From an uncultured Haloferula sp. (GTDB lineage: Bacteria > Verrucomicrobiota > Verrucomicrobiia > Verrucomicrobiales > Akkermansiaceae): a stretch of DNA of 64,000 bases. The translations under genes were made by a program, and so were the position numbers. The notes under the pieces are model-generated. The model searched no databases. It saw nothing but the letters and a program-made list of their open reading frames with translations, and had not been told where the DNA came from. Every line of letters begins with the position of its first letter. Positions within the stretch are counted from its first letter, which is position 1. Of the stretch, positions 47,497 through 61,239 are shown piece after piece. The stretch is taken from the NCBI GenBank assembly GCA_965652295.1, contig CBFGTS010000018.1, positions 25,882-89,881 of the forward strand. Reading direction: 5' to 3'.

Positions 47497-48753
47497 ATGA
47501 TGAGCGAAAGACGAGTTGTGATCACCGGAGTGGGCTGCGTAAGCCCGTTGGGAAATGATGCCGAGTCCACTTGGTCGGGCATGAAGGAAGGTCGGAGCGG
47601 GATCGCCCGGATCACCCACCTCGACCCATCTCCTTACAACTGCCACATCGCCGGGGAGGTGAAGGACTTCAACGCCGAACCGTTTTTCAAGAATCCGAAG
47701 GACGCCCGCCGGGCCGACCGCTATGTGCAGCTTGCGGTGGCGGCCGCGCGGATGGCGCTCGATCACTCCGGGCTGGACGCCCTCGAAGGCCTCGACCGGA
47801 CCCGTGTCGGCGCGATCGTCAGTAGTGGCATTGGCGGCCTCGGCACGCTGGAAAACGAGCACTCGAAGCTGGTGATCAAGGAAGGGGCCAAGGTGTCTCC
47901 GTTCCTGATTCCGATGATGATCGCCAACATCGCCAGCGGCGTGTTTTCGATGGAATTCGGTCTCGGCGGCCCGAACATGGCGATCGTGACGGCCTGTGCG
48001 ACCTCCAACAACTCGATCGGGGAAGCCTGGCGGATCATCAAATTCGGCGACGCCGACGCGATGGTGGCCGGTGGAGCCGAAGCGAGCATTCTGCCCTGCG
48101 GCCTGGCCGGCTTCGGCAGCATGAAGGCGCTCAGCACGCGGAATGACGACCCAGCCCGTGCCTCGCGGCCGTTTGACGTCGATCGCGATGGTTTCGTGAT
48201 GGGCGAGGGGGCCGGCGTGGTGGTGCTCGAGGAGCTCGAACACGCCAAGCGTCGGGGAGCGACGATCATCGCCGAACTGGCGGGATACGGTGCCAGCGCG
48301 GATGCCTACCATCTCAGCGCGCCATCGCCCGATGGAACGGGGCCGGCGCGCGCGATGCAGATGGCGATGCGCCACGCCGGGGTGAGCCCGGAGGATGTCG
48401 ACTATCTCAACGCCCACGCGACTTCGACCGGCCTCGGCGACATCGCCGAGGTGAAGGCGATCAAGGTGGCCTTCGGGGAACACGTGAAAAACGGACTCAA
48501 GGTCAGTTCCACCAAGTCGATGACCGGCCACATGCTGGGTGCCGCCGGCGGTGCCGAGCTGCTGGCCTGTCTGATGGCGATCCGCGACAGCGTGATCCCG
48601 CCGACGATCAACGTGGAGAACCAGGATCCCGAGTGCGACGTGGACTGCGTCCCGAACGCCGCCATTGAGAAGCAAGTCGACATTGCCTTGAGCAACAGCT
48701 TCGGCTTCGGCGGTCACAATGCCTCGCTGCTGGTGAAGCGCTACGTCGGCTGA
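47497..48753 (+). CDS. fabF: 3-oxoacyl-ACP synthase II
   Basis: RRVVITG.G, TACAT, DRDGFVMGEG, NAHATST, STKSMTGH, SNSFGFGGHN. Confidence 0.96.
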   Translation: MMSERRVVITGVGCVSPLGNDAESTWSGMKEGRSGIARITHLDPSPYNCHIAGEVKDFNAEPFFKNPKDARRADRYVQLAVAAARMALDHSGLDALEGLDRTRVGAIVSSGIGGLGTLENEHSKLVIKEGAKVSPFLIPMMIANIASGVFSMEFGLGGPNMAIVTACATSNNSIGEAWRIIKFGDADAMVAGGAEASILPCGLAGFGSMKALSTRNDDPARASRPFDVDRDGFVMGEGAGVVVLEELEHAKRRGATIIAELAGYGASADAYHLSAPSPDGTGPARAMQMAMRHAGVSPEDVDYLNAHATSTGLGDIAEVKAIKVAFGEHVKNGLKVSSTKSMTGHMLGAAGGAELLACLMAIRDSVIPPTINVENQDPECDVDCVPNAAIEKQVDIALSNSFGFGGHNASLLVKRYVG

Positions 48754-48777
48754 TTCCTTCCGATCTTTCCCGAAACG

Positions 48778-48810
48778 GAAGCCCGTCCGCAACGGCGGGC
48801 TTCTTTCGTT
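48778..48810 (+). terminator. Intrinsic terminator after fabF
   Basis: GAAGCCCG(T)CCG-CAA-CGGCGGGCTTC followed by TTTCGTT. Confidence 0.75.
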
Positions 48811-48821
48811 AGGGGGCGCAT

Positions 48822-48850
48822 TTGACTTTTCCGCGGGTGGCTCGCAACGT
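48822..48850 (+). promoter_or_regulatory. Sigma70-like promoter of the gcv operon (leaderless geometry)
   Basis: TTGACT -17 nt- CAACGT -6 nt- GTG. Confidence 0.6.
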
Positions 48851-48856
48851 CGCGCC

Positions 48857-49945
48857 GTGTCCGACGAAGTCCTGCATTCCCCGATCGAAAGTGTTCATCT
48901 CGAACTCGGAGGGCGGATGGTTCCCTTCGCCGGCTGGAGCATGCCGGTGATGTATGGCTCGATCCTCGACGAGCACCAGGCGGTGCGGAAAGCGGCCGGC
49001 ATCTTCGACATCTCCCACATGGGACAGTTGATCGTCAGCGGCTCTGACGCGGAGCTGTGGCTGAACCGGATGCTGGCCAACGACCTGTCCAAGCTCACCG
49101 ATGGAACGGGCCAGTACAGTTTCCTTCTCAATCCGCGCGGTGGAGTGATCGACGACCTGATCGTTTACCGCGAGAACGCGGAGAAGTTCTTCGTGGTGGT
49201 GAACGCGTCGAAGATCGACGAGGACGCTGCCTGGCTGCGCGGGCATCTGACCGGGGAGGTTTCCCTCGATGACGAAAGCCCCGCTTGGGCGGGAATGGCC
49301 GTGCAGGGTCCGGAGTCGTCCGCAGCCTTCGCACGGGTTTTCCCTCGCGACGAGCTACCGTCCCGGAACGGCATCGTGCGGTTGCCGGGGGATCTCGTGA
49401 TCTGCCGCACCGGCTACACCGGTGAGGACGGCTTCGAGTTCTTCTGTCCCGCGGCCGAAGGTGCCGATTATTTCCGTCGCTTCATCGAAGCCGGTGCCAA
49501 ACCCTGCGGCCTTGGTGCGCGCGACAGTCTGCGCCTCGAAATGGGCTATCCGCTCAATGGCAGCGATCTTTCTCCGGATCGCACGCCTCTGGAGGCGGGG
49601 CTCGGGTTTTTCGTGGCACTCGGGAAAGAGGATTTCATCGGGCGCGATGCACTCGTGAGCCAGAAGGAAAACGGGCTGGAGGTGAAGCTGGCTGCGATCG
49701 AGTACTTGGAAAAAGGAGCTCCGCCGAGGGCTCATTATCCGGTGGTGGACGACGAGGGGCGGACGCTGGGCGAATTGGCCAGCGGCGTGCTTTCTCCATC
49801 GCTCGGCAAAGGGATCGGCATGGCCTACCTGCCACTGGCCCTGACCAAACCCGGCACGCCCGTCTGGGTCGATGTCCGCGGCCGGCGCTTTCCTGCCCAA
49901 GTCGTGAAGAAACCGTTTTACAAAGCATCCCCTGCCTCGGCATAA
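48857..49945 (+). CDS. gcvT: Glycine cleavage system aminomethyltransferase
   Basis: [36 protein letters not shown]. Confidence 0.96.
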   Translation: MSDEVLHSPIESVHLELGGRMVPFAGWSMPVMYGSILDEHQAVRKAAGIFDISHMGQLIVSGSDAELWLNRMLANDLSKLTDGTGQYSFLLNPRGGVIDDLIVYRENAEKFFVVVNASKIDEDAAWLRGHLTGEVSLDDESPAWAGMAVQGPESSAAFARVFPRDELPSRNGIVRLPGDLVICRTGYTGEDGFEFFCPAAEGADYFRRFIEAGAKPCGLGARDSLRLEMGYPLNGSDLSPDRTPLEAGLGFFVALGKEDFIGRDALVSQKENGLEVKLAAIEYLEKGAPPRAHYPVVDDEGRTLGELASGVLSPSLGKGIGMAYLPLALTKPGTPVWVDVRGRRFPAQVVKKPFYKASPASA

Positions 49946-49958
49946 GCCGATCCGTCAC

Positions 49959-50336
49959 ATGAATGTTCCCGACGACCTCCGCTACGCCAGCTCTCATGAA
50001 TGGGTTCGCCTTGAGGGCGACCTCGCGGTGATCGGTATTTCCGACCACGCGCAGGAAGAGCTGACCGACGTGGTCTTCGTCGAGCTACCCCAGATCGGCC
50101 GCACGGTCGATGCCGGCGATCCCACTGCAGTGGTTGAATCGGTCAAGGCCGCCAGCGACATCTACGCGCCGATCGCGGGCGAGGTGGTCGAGGTGAACGA
50201 CGCGGTCGAGGCCGATCCTTCGCTGGTCAACACCGACCCCTATGGCAATGGCTGGATCTTCAAGCTGAAGGTGAAAGAACCTTCCCAGCTCGAGTCCATG
50301 CTGGATGCCACCGGATACCGCGCCTTGATCGGGTGA
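49959..50336 (+). CDS. gcvH: Glycine cleavage system H protein
   Basis: HEWV, lipoyl motif [17 protein letters not shown]. Confidence 0.96.
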   Translation: MNVPDDLRYASSHEWVRLEGDLAVIGISDHAQEELTDVVFVELPQIGRTVDAGDPTAVVESVKAASDIYAPIAGEVVEVNDAVEADPSLVNTDPYGNGWIFKLKVKEPSQLESMLDATGYRALIG

Positions 50337-50357
50337 TGAGAACCCCACGGATGTTTC

Positions 50358-50399
50358 CGCCGCGACCCTGCTCTGCCGGGGTGGCGGCTTTCGCTTTTT
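50358..50399 (+). terminator. Intra-operon hairpin with U tract between gcvH and gcvP
   Basis: GCCGC-G-ACCCTG-loop-CGGGGT-G-GCGGC followed by TTTCGCTTTTT. Confidence 0.55.
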
Positions 50400-50410
50400 G
50401 ATCCACTGAC

Positions 50411-53238
<2,828 letters not shown>

Positions 53239-53242
<4 letters not shown>

Positions 53243-53748
53243 CGATGGTTTCTCCGATCGACTGGTCAAAATGGTCGGCCCCGGTCCACGCCACCCTGAT
53301 GTTCGTCGTCCGGGACGGGGCGATTCTTTTGATCAAGAAGAAGCGAGGTCTCGGAGCGGGGAAGATCAATGGCCCCGGCGGCAAGATCGATCCCGGTGAG
53401 ACGCCCTTGCAGTGCGTGGTCAGGGAGACCGAGGAAGAGCTGTTGATCCGGGTGAAGGATCCGGTCAAAGTCGGCGAGCTTCACTTCGTCATGTCCGATG
53501 TGCCGGACATCCTCTGTCATGTGTACCGGGCCTCGGATTTCGAGGGTCGGCCGACCGAGACCGACGAGGCCATTCCGCTATGGGTGCCGGTGGAAGAAGT
53601 GCCGTATGAACGGATGTGGAGCGACGATCGCCACTGGCTTCCCCACCTACTGGACGGGAGGACCTTCTTGGGAAAGTTCGCCTTTTCGGGCGAGGATGTG
53701 GCCTGGAGCCATGTGGAGACGGAAATCGTCTGGGCGGCTGATCTTTAG
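53239..53748 (+). CDS. NUDIX hydrolase, 8-oxo-dGTP diphosphatase (MTH1-like)
   Basis: [16 protein letters not shown]...GE...RETEEE; ETDEA.P.W; MW.DD..W. Confidence 0.88.
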
Positions 53749-53769
53749 AAGGCTCCGGCTGGAAAAGAG

Positions 53770-53804
53770 GCACCCCGCGACCGTGGGGAACGGCGGCGGG
53801 GTGC
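53770..53804. terminator. Strong hairpin between convergent genes
   Basis: GCACCCCGC-GA-CCGT...ACGG-CG-GCGGGGTGC; on the minus strand followed by a T-rich run. Confidence 0.6.
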
Positions 53805-53846
53805 GAAGTGTGTGGTTTGGGGGAAAGTCTGTTAAGACTGGGGGAA

Positions 53847-54188
53847 TTAGAGGGAGCCCTTCAGGCCTTCGAACTGAGAGCGAAGCTTGTCGAGTTCCTT
53901 CTCTTTACGACCGATCTCATTGTGGAGGTCCTGAAGTTTCGCCAGTTTCTTGGCGATGGAACCACCCACTGCTGCCGAAGACGAACCCCTGCCGCTGGAT
54001 GCGGAAGAGCCGGACTTCTTGATCCATCCGGAGATGGTAAGCGGCGAGATCTTGAATTTCTTAGAAGCCGCCGATTGACCTCCGCGTCCTTTGGCCGAAT
54101 TGACCTCGTTCACGTAGTCGACCACCTCTTGCTTTTCGGCATCGGTGTAGCGCTTCCCTTTGTTACTCTTAGCGGTTTTGGTGCTCAT
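53847..54188 (-). CDS. Small basic HTH plus coiled-coil protein
   Basis: KRYTDAEKQEVV...AASKKFKISPLTISGWIKK, Gly/Ser linker, heptad C-terminus; promoter TTGCGT -17- TAGACT. Confidence 0.75.
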   Translation of the reverse strand: MSTKTAKSNKGKRYTDAEKQEVVDYVNEVNSAKGRGGQSAASKKFKISPLTISGWIKKSGSSASSGRGSSSAAVGGSIAKKLAKLQDLHNEIGRKEKELDKLRSQFEGLKGSL

Positions 54189-54253
54189 TGCGGTGGTAAG
54201 TCTAAACAGTGATACCGGGCAACGCAAGAGCCTTTGTTAGCTTGTCCGATAAG

Positions 54254-55381
54254 TCAGGAGGTCCCAAAAACCCGGCCCTCAAGCTGATCAAAGGGGAACT
54301 CGGACATGTCCCGGATGTAGAAATCCGCCCCTTCTCGAACGGGTGCCCGATCCGCGACGCCGCCGTATCCGATAAAGAAATCACACACGGATTTGCTCTC
54401 CAGATCGGAGATTCCATCCCCCACCATCACCGTCGTCATAGCATGGGTGGAATTCTTCCAATCACTGATAACCAGAGGCTTGCCGCCGTTTCGTGTGGTC
54501 GGGTAATCGGTTCCATAGCCGAGATATTCCCCCTCGTCATTGAAGTGCAAGGGCACGGCTTCCACGTGTTCGATTCCGAGCATTTTCGCCAAGGGTTCGA
54601 TGAGGGGTTTGAAGCCTCCGGAGAGAATGACCACCGTCCAATCGAGGTCCTGCAGGCGCTCGATGACCTCACGCACCCCGGGTGTTACGGTGTCTACGTA
54701 TAAGCGCGCAATGGCGTCACAGGTCGCTTTATCGGGCCGGATGATCTCCATTCTCCGTGGGAAGACCTCCTCGATGGGAATCTCACCATTCATGGCGGCG
54801 TTGGTGAGGGCTTCGACCTCGCGGAAGACATCCTGGCCGCGTGCGCGGGCGAGTTCATCGATCCCTTCAATGGTCGAAAGGGTGGAGTCACAGTCGAAGA
54901 AGATGAGTTTGCGTTGCATGAGAGCGGGGGGGTGGACGACGACCGGAGTGCCGGTGGGGACAAGGTCGAAGAGTTCGATGACGTCGCGGTTCGACATGCG
55001 GATGCAGCCGTGGCTGGCCGGTCGACCGAGCCGGTGTTCCTGGTTCGTGCCGTGGATGTAGATGTAGCGCGAGCGCGTATTGCGATTGTGAGGTTCCTGG
55101 CCGTCGAGCCACAGCACGCGGGAGAGAATGCCATCGCCATGGGTCGACCCATCCCACAACCCGATCGGCTTGCGGGATTTGAAGACGGTGTGAGGCGGTG
55201 CGTCCCCACCGAATTTCTCGGCGATGATAAAGCGACCGGTGGGGGTGCGAAGGCTGCCTTCCTGAGATCCGTTTCCGCGAGCGCCGGTTGAGACCGGCCA
55301 CACCTTCGCGGGCACTCCATTGACCAAGAGGGCGAGTTCCTGTCGATCGATGGAGACGTCGAGTTGCAGCGTGGGATTCAT
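54254..55381 (-). CDS. Fusion of an L,D-transpeptidase (YkuD) domain and a HAD-IB phosphoserine-phosphatase-like domain
   Basis: VSTG...TPTG...IYIHGT...ASHGCIRM, then in frame FFDCDSTL, ILSGGF, MVGDGISDL. Start moved to 55381. Confidence 0.85.
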   Translation of the reverse strand: MNPTLQLDVSIDRQELALLVNGVPAKVWPVSTGARGNGSQEGSLRTPTGRFIIAEKFGGDAPPHTVFKSRKPIGLWDGSTHGDGILSRVLWLDGQEPHNRNTRSRYIYIHGTNQEHRLGRPASHGCIRMSNRDVIELFDLVPTGTPVVVHPPALMQRKLIFFDCDSTLSTIEGIDELARARGQDVFREVEALTNAAMNGEIPIEEVFPRRMEIIRPDKATCDAIARLYVDTVTPGVREVIERLQDLDWTVVILSGGFKPLIEPLAKMLGIEHVEAVPLHFNDEGEYLGYGTDYPTTRNGGKPLVISDWKNSTHAMTTVMVGDGISDLESKSVCDFFIGYGGVADRAPVREGADFYIRDMSEFPFDQLEGRVFGTS

Positions 55382-56420
55382 GGAAGATGGAGCCAGGCGC
55401 AGGTATGCTTTCCTCCCAGAGCGGAAGCGACCTTCAGTAGTGACGAACTCTGTGACCGGGTGACGAGAATGCGGGCACCGAGAACGAGTTCGATCAAGGC
55501 GGAAGCGCCCACGCAATGGCCGGTCAAGGGCTTGAGGACAACGCGTTCGCCCCCGGCACCGAATGCCTGAAGCAGGGCTTCGTTTTCGTGCTGCCGGTGA
55601 AGTTCGGTTCCGCTGGCATGGGGGACGATGACGTCCGGCGTGCCCAGGGTTGTTCCCATATCCTGCAACGCCTTCGCGAGGCGGGGCAGGGGGCGATTTC
55701 CTCCGAAGCGGGCTTCGGGTTCGGCGAGGGAAATCATGGAGGTGAGTTCGGGATGACCGGTGGATGATTCCGCGCGCTCGAGGCAAACGGCGGCGGCGCC
55801 CTCGGAGGGATGCATGCCGGGATGGTGGCTGCGGGCGAGGATGCCGGAGCGATTGTAGTCCTCTAGAATCCCGGAGACCAGCGGGAGGTCGGCGGCGACG
55901 ACCAAGGCACGGGAGGCTTCTCCTGCTTTGAGCCAGAGCGAGGCAAGATGGAGCGCGTCGAGGCCGGAGCAACAGCCACTGGAGACGACCTGCCAGGGAG
56001 CGGTGATTCCGAGCTCGGCACTGATGGCCGCCGCGGGCTCTGCGGGCAGGGAGTTGGCCGCGGCCATGAGGGCGGTGGGGCGACGCCCGGGCCAGGGTTC
56101 CCGGACGCCGGCGAGGGTGCCGCGGCTGGTGGCAAAGAAGACCGGCACGTCGCTCACATCGTTCCATCCCGCTTCCGCCAGTGCTCGTCGTGTGACGTGC
56201 AGGGCGGCCATGGAAAGAGGCGTCCAGATGCGATGAACCAGAAGCGAGCGCGGTTCGATCCAGCCGGCGACGACGTCATCGAAACCCGCGGGAGCGCCTG
56301 AAAGTTCGGCCAGCGGGCGCATGCCGGATGCTCCCGACCCGATGGCGCGCTCATGGGCCTCAGGGCTGTCGCCCAGACAGGTGAGGCAGGCGGAGCCGCG
56401 GATGGACAGGACGTCGGGCA

Positions 56421-56421
<1 letters not shown>
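55378..56421 (-). CDS. Shortened beta-ketoacyl synthase-like protein
   Basis: SSGCCSG (Cys), PSEGAAA, PHASGT (His), KPLTGH (His). Confidence 0.75.
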
Positions 56422-57272
<851 letters not shown>

Positions 57273-57379
57273 GACGGCGGGTTTCTAGGGTCGGACGCGG
57301 TTCGGGGCAAGGGTTTCGCAAGGCACGACAAATGCGACCGTGCGGTTGCCAGAGGGCGGACTTTCCCTATGGTGCCGGC

Positions 57380-60300
57380 GTGATGCTGAGATGCGTGATG
57401 TTCGCCGGATTGATCGTGGGTGCCCACGGGGATGAAAAGGGATTGGTGGCCAGTGAAACCCTGCCCGGCGTCTCGTTGCCCGAAGGGGTGAACGCGCGAG
57501 TGGTGGCCGATCACGACTCCCAGGGCGTCACCTCGCCCACCGCGCTGAGCGAGGACAGGCACGGCCGTTGGTATCTTGCGGAAACGCTGCGTTTCCGTGC
57601 CGGCGTCGAGGACAACCGCACGCATCCATACTGGCTCACGGAGGATGGTTCGGCCAAAACCACGGCCGACCGGGCGGCGATGTACAAGAAGTGGGCCGAC
57701 AAGTTCGAGGAGGGCTATTTCACCGAAAAGAGTGAACGCATCCGGGTGCTGGCCGATCAGGGCGAGGACGGGCGCTTCGCTAAATCGGAGATTTTCGCGG
57801 CGGATTTCGATGATCCGCTCGCAGGGACAGCGTCGGGCGTGCTGGCATACGATGACGTGGTTTATTTCGCCTGCATCCCGGAGATCACGGCATTGGCGGA
57901 CAGCGATGGGGACTTGAGAGCGGATCAGCGATTGACGCTTCAGGACGGATTCGGGGTCAGGGTGTCTTACTCCGGACACGATATGAATGGTTTCGTTCTC
58001 GGGCCCGATGGCAGGATCTGGGGAACGATCGGCGACCGTGGATTCGCCCTCACGACGCGGGAGGGGAAACGCTATGAGTTCCCCGATCAGGGAGCGGTGT
58101 TTCGTTTCGATCCGGATGGCAGCAACTTCGAAGTCGTCCACACCGGCTTGCGCAACCCGAAGGAGGTCGCCTTCGACGCGCAGGGAAACCCGGTGACGGT
58201 GGACAACAACGCGGATCAGGGCGACCACGCGCGGGTGGTCTACGTGGTGGAAGGCGGCGACTCCGGCTGGCGGATGGGGCACCAGATGCTGATGAGCTTC
58301 GGCGACAAGATCGGGGCGGGCGATTCGGCGCGCTCGGCATGGATGGAGGAAAAGCGCTGGGAGACCCGCAACGACGCGCAGCCGGCGTTCATGTTGCCGC
58401 CGGTCGCTCATCTTACGAATGGGCCCTCAGGTCTCGATTTTCATCCGGGCACCGGTTTCACCAAGGAGGAGGAAGGACGGTTCGTGGTCTGCGATTACAA
58501 GGCGTCTCCGGCATTGTCGGGGCTGCTCTCGTTCAAGCTGGAGGAAGAGGGCTCGTCGCTCGAACTCGTCGATTCGCGCAAGCTCGCCTGGGGGATCACG
58601 GCTTCGGATGTGTCCTATTCCTGGGATGGGCGGCTGATGGTCGCCGACTTCGGCGGCGGCTGGGTTTCCCACGAGGGTGGCAGTGTGATCGAGCTGAGTG
58701 TTGTGGATCGTTTTCGCGCAGAAGCGGCCGACGAGGTGGCGCGGGCGGTGCGCGAGGGCTTGGAAGATGCCTCCACCGAGCAGCTTGCGGAGTGGTTGAA
58801 GCATCCCGACATGCGGTTGCGGATCCGGGCGCAGCTCGAGCTGACGCGACGCCAGGACGGGCTGGAGCCCCTGGTCAGGGCTGCCATGAAAGGTGCGGGG
58901 ATCGAGAGACTTCATGGTATCTGGGGGCTGGGGGTCTATCTGCGGCGCGGCGGCGCGGCGAAGGCAACGGCCGAACGCGACGAGTTCGCCGATATCCCCG
59001 GAAGCTCCGGCCAGCGGGAGCTGCTGCCGGTGCTGCTTCAATTGGTACGCGACCCGAACGCCGAGGTGAGGGCGCAGACGGCGAAAGTCCTGGGCGACAT
59101 CGGCCCGCTGGGAGATGTTGCGAACTTCGGCGCTCTTATTTTGGATGAAAGCCCGCGGGTCCGGCTCTTCGGCACGATCGCCACCGGCAAGGCGGAGGCG
59201 GTGGGTAGCATGACTTTCATCTGGCAAATGTTGGAGGAGAACGGTGAGGACGATCCCTATCTACGCCACGCAGGCGCGATGGCGCTGGCCCGGCTCTCGA
59301 CTCCGTTGCAGCTCTTTACGCTGAACGACCATCCGAGCGTCGGCGTCCGGCTCGCGGCGGTGAACGCCCTGGCCGCGAAGAAGGACCGGGGGATCGAGGC
59401 GTTTCTCGGCGACCCCGAGATGCGGGTCTTCCAAGAGGTGGTGCGGACGATCCACGACGGGAATCTGGAAGCCTCCCGGGAACGGCTCGCCGAGCGGGTC
59501 GCGAAGGGCATCCCCTACGATCTCGACGGCATGACTTGGCGGCGGCTCATCCACAACGCGGTGCATCTCGGTGGCGAAGCGCAGCTCGAATGGCTGGCCA
59601 GCCTGCCGATGGAGCGCTCTCTCCCGAAGGATCTGCGACGGGAAGCCTTGCGTGCGCTGTCCATCTGGGACGCGCCTCCGCTGCTCGATGGAGCGACCGG
59701 CAGTGCGCTTCCCCCGCGGATGGACGGACGCGCCGAAGTGAAGGAGGTGCTCACGCCGATGATCGATGCTTTCACCCGTGTGCAGCCGGGCGTGTTGGCT
59801 CAGGCGATCCGGTTGGTGGAGAAACTCGGCCTCGATGACTCCGGGGTGCCCACGGCGCGATGGATGGAGCTGGTGGAAAACAGCAACCTGCCGGACGACG
59901 CCCGCGCGGCCGCACTCGACCGTTGGCTGGCGCGGGACGAGCCCGAGCGGGTGGCGCGGCTCGCCGAGATCGCCAAAAACAAGAGCGGAGACCTGGCCTT
60001 GGCTGCCTTGGAACGGCTGGCGGCGATCGCGCCCGGTGAAGCGGCGGAAGCGGTCAAGAAAGCAACGGAATCCGACGACACCCGACGCCGGAAAGCCGGG
60101 TGGCGGATCGCCAGTCGCCTGGGAGGCGAGGCGATGGCTTCGGTGGTTGCCGAAGGCGTGAAACGGCTTACGGAAGCTGGCGGACGCGACCCTGCGGGGC
60201 TTGAGCTGCTCGACGCGGCGGAAGCCTCCAAGTCTTCCGAGGTCGCCGAGGCGGTGGCCGCCTACCGCGCCGCGATCGAGGCGGACGAGGATCCGCTCGC

Positions 60301-60754
60301 TGCATGGCGGGTCAGCTTGGAAGGGGGCGATCCGGATCGCGGCAAACATCTGTTCTTCTCGGACGGCCGGGCGCAGTGCTCGAAGTGCCACCGCGTCGGC
60401 GGCGACTTCGGCGTGGGCGAGGCGGGCCCGGACCTTGAAGGCATCGGCGCCTTGAGGGACGAAAGCTACCTGCTGGAGTCGCTCGTTTTGCCGCAGGCCA
60501 AGGTCGCGCCCGGGTTCGGGATGGTCACCGTCACGATGAAGGACGGCAGCGTGGCTGGCGGTGTGCTGATGACCGAGGACGAGAAATCCGTGGTCATCGA
60601 CGTCGCGGGCGAGCGGAAGCTGTTGCCCCGGGAGGACATCGTGGAAATGGGCAAACCGATTTCCGTGATGCCGCCGATGGGGGCCATTCTCAACCGACGG
60701 GAAATCCGTGATCTGGTCGCCTGGCTGGCCACTCTGGAGCCCGGCGAGCGATGA
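57380..60754 (+). CDS. PVC-type heme-binding CxxCH protein (beta-propeller, HEAT repeats, cytochrome c)
   Basis: Signal peptide; GPDG.., RFDPDGS..EV..TGLRNP; HEAT-like repeats; GDPDRGK.LF...CSKCH...GPDL...S.MP. Confidence 0.88.
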   Translation: MMLRCVMFAGLIVGAHGDEKGLVASETLPGVSLPEGVNARVVADHDSQGVTSPTALSEDRHGRWYLAETLRFRAGVEDNRTHPYWLTEDGSAKTTADRAAMYKKWADKFEEGYFTEKSERIRVLADQGEDGRFAKSEIFAADFDDPLAGTASGVLAYDDVVYFACIPEITALADSDGDLRADQRLTLQDGFGVRVSYSGHDMNGFVLGPDGRIWGTIGDRGFALTTREGKRYEFPDQGAVFRFDPDGSNFEVVHTGLRNPKEVAFDAQGNPVTVDNNADQGDHARVVYVVEGGDSGWRMGHQMLMSFGDKIGAGDSARSAWMEEKRWETRNDAQPAFMLPPVAHLTNGPSGLDFHPGTGFTKEEEGRFVVCDYKASPALSGLLSFKLEEEGSSLELVDSRKLAWGITASDVSYSWDGRLMVADFGGGWVSHEGGSVIELSVVDRFRAEAADEVARAVREGLEDASTEQLAEWLKHPDMRLRIRAQLELTRRQDGLEPLVRAAMKGAGIERLHGIWGLGVYLRRGGAAKATAERDEFADIPGSSGQRELLPVLLQLVRDPNAEVRAQTAKVLGDIGPLGDVANFGALILDESPRVRLFGTIATGKAEAVGSMTFIWQMLEENGEDDPYLRHAGAMALARLSTPLQLFTLNDHPSVGVRLAAVNALAAKKDRGIEAFLGDPEMRVFQEVVRTIHDGNLEASRERLAERVAKGIPYDLDGMTWRRLIHNAVHLGGEAQLEWLASLPMERSLPKDLRREALRALSIWDAPPLLDGATGSALPPRMDGRAEVKEVLTPMIDAFTRVQPGVLAQAIRLVEKLGLDDSGVPTARWMELVENSNLPDDARAAALDRWLARDEPERVARLAEIAKNKSGDLALAALERLAAIAPGEAAEAVKKATESDDTRRRKAGWRIASRLGGEAMASVVAEGVKRLTEAGGRDPAGLELLDAAEASKSSEVAEAVAAYRAAIEADEDPLAAWRVSLEGGDPDRGKHLFFSDGRAQCSKCHRVGGDFGVGEAGPDLEGIGALRDESYLLESLVLPQAKVAPGFGMVTVTMKDGSVAGGVLMTEDEKSVVIDVAGERKLLPREDIVEMGKPISVMPPMGAILNRREIRDLVAWLATLEPGER

Positions 60755-60806
60755 CAGACCCCCGCTTGCCGCCGACAGGATGGCCGCCTAGCGTTTCCGC
60801 CTTTCC

Positions 60807-61229
60807 ATGACCCAACTTCAGAAAAAGCCCGACCCCCATCCCGGTATCGCTGCCGCAGCCATATCGGTCATGGCGCTGGCGGTGGCCATGGTATTGGAGC
60901 TCGTGGGATTGACGCGTAGCTGGGATGGGATGCTTGTGGGATGGCTGGAAGGGCTCGGACTCGAAGGCGGTTTGGCACCGCTGGAACCTTGGATCGGCTG
61001 GTTGTGGACCGCTCTCGTCGTGGTGCTGAGTTCGTGGGTCCTGCTGCACGTGCGCGGCAACTGGCGGCGCTGGGTGTTGTCTGTTTCGATGCTCTTCGTC
61101 AGTCTCGCGTGGATCCCGGTGCTGGCCTTGTGCGGACGGGTGCCGATGCTCATGGCACCGCTGTTAGGATTGCTATGGGCTTTGGTGGGCTCGCTGGTTT
61201 ATGCGGCGCGCCATCGTGAACCGAAATGA
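60807..61229 (+). CDS. Hypothetical 4-TM membrane protein
   Basis: Four hydrophobic segments; promoter TTGCCG -17- TAGCGT. Confidence 0.65.
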   Translation: MTQLQKKPDPHPGIAAAAISVMALAVAMVLELVGLTRSWDGMLVGWLEGLGLEGGLAPLEPWIGWLWTALVVVLSSWVLLHVRGNWRRWVLSVSMLFVSLAWIPVLALCGRVPMLMAPLLGLLWALVGSLVYAARHREPK

Positions 61230-61239
61230 CCCGCTGACC

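Noticed and set aside
53847..54188. IS3 orfA remnant interpretation
   Set aside because: No orfB, terminal repeats or target duplication; it has its own promoter and terminator.
55382..56167. N-terminal 262 aa of the 637-aa ORF
   Set aside because: Alternative frame of the ketosynthase-like gene; the real start is ATG 55381.
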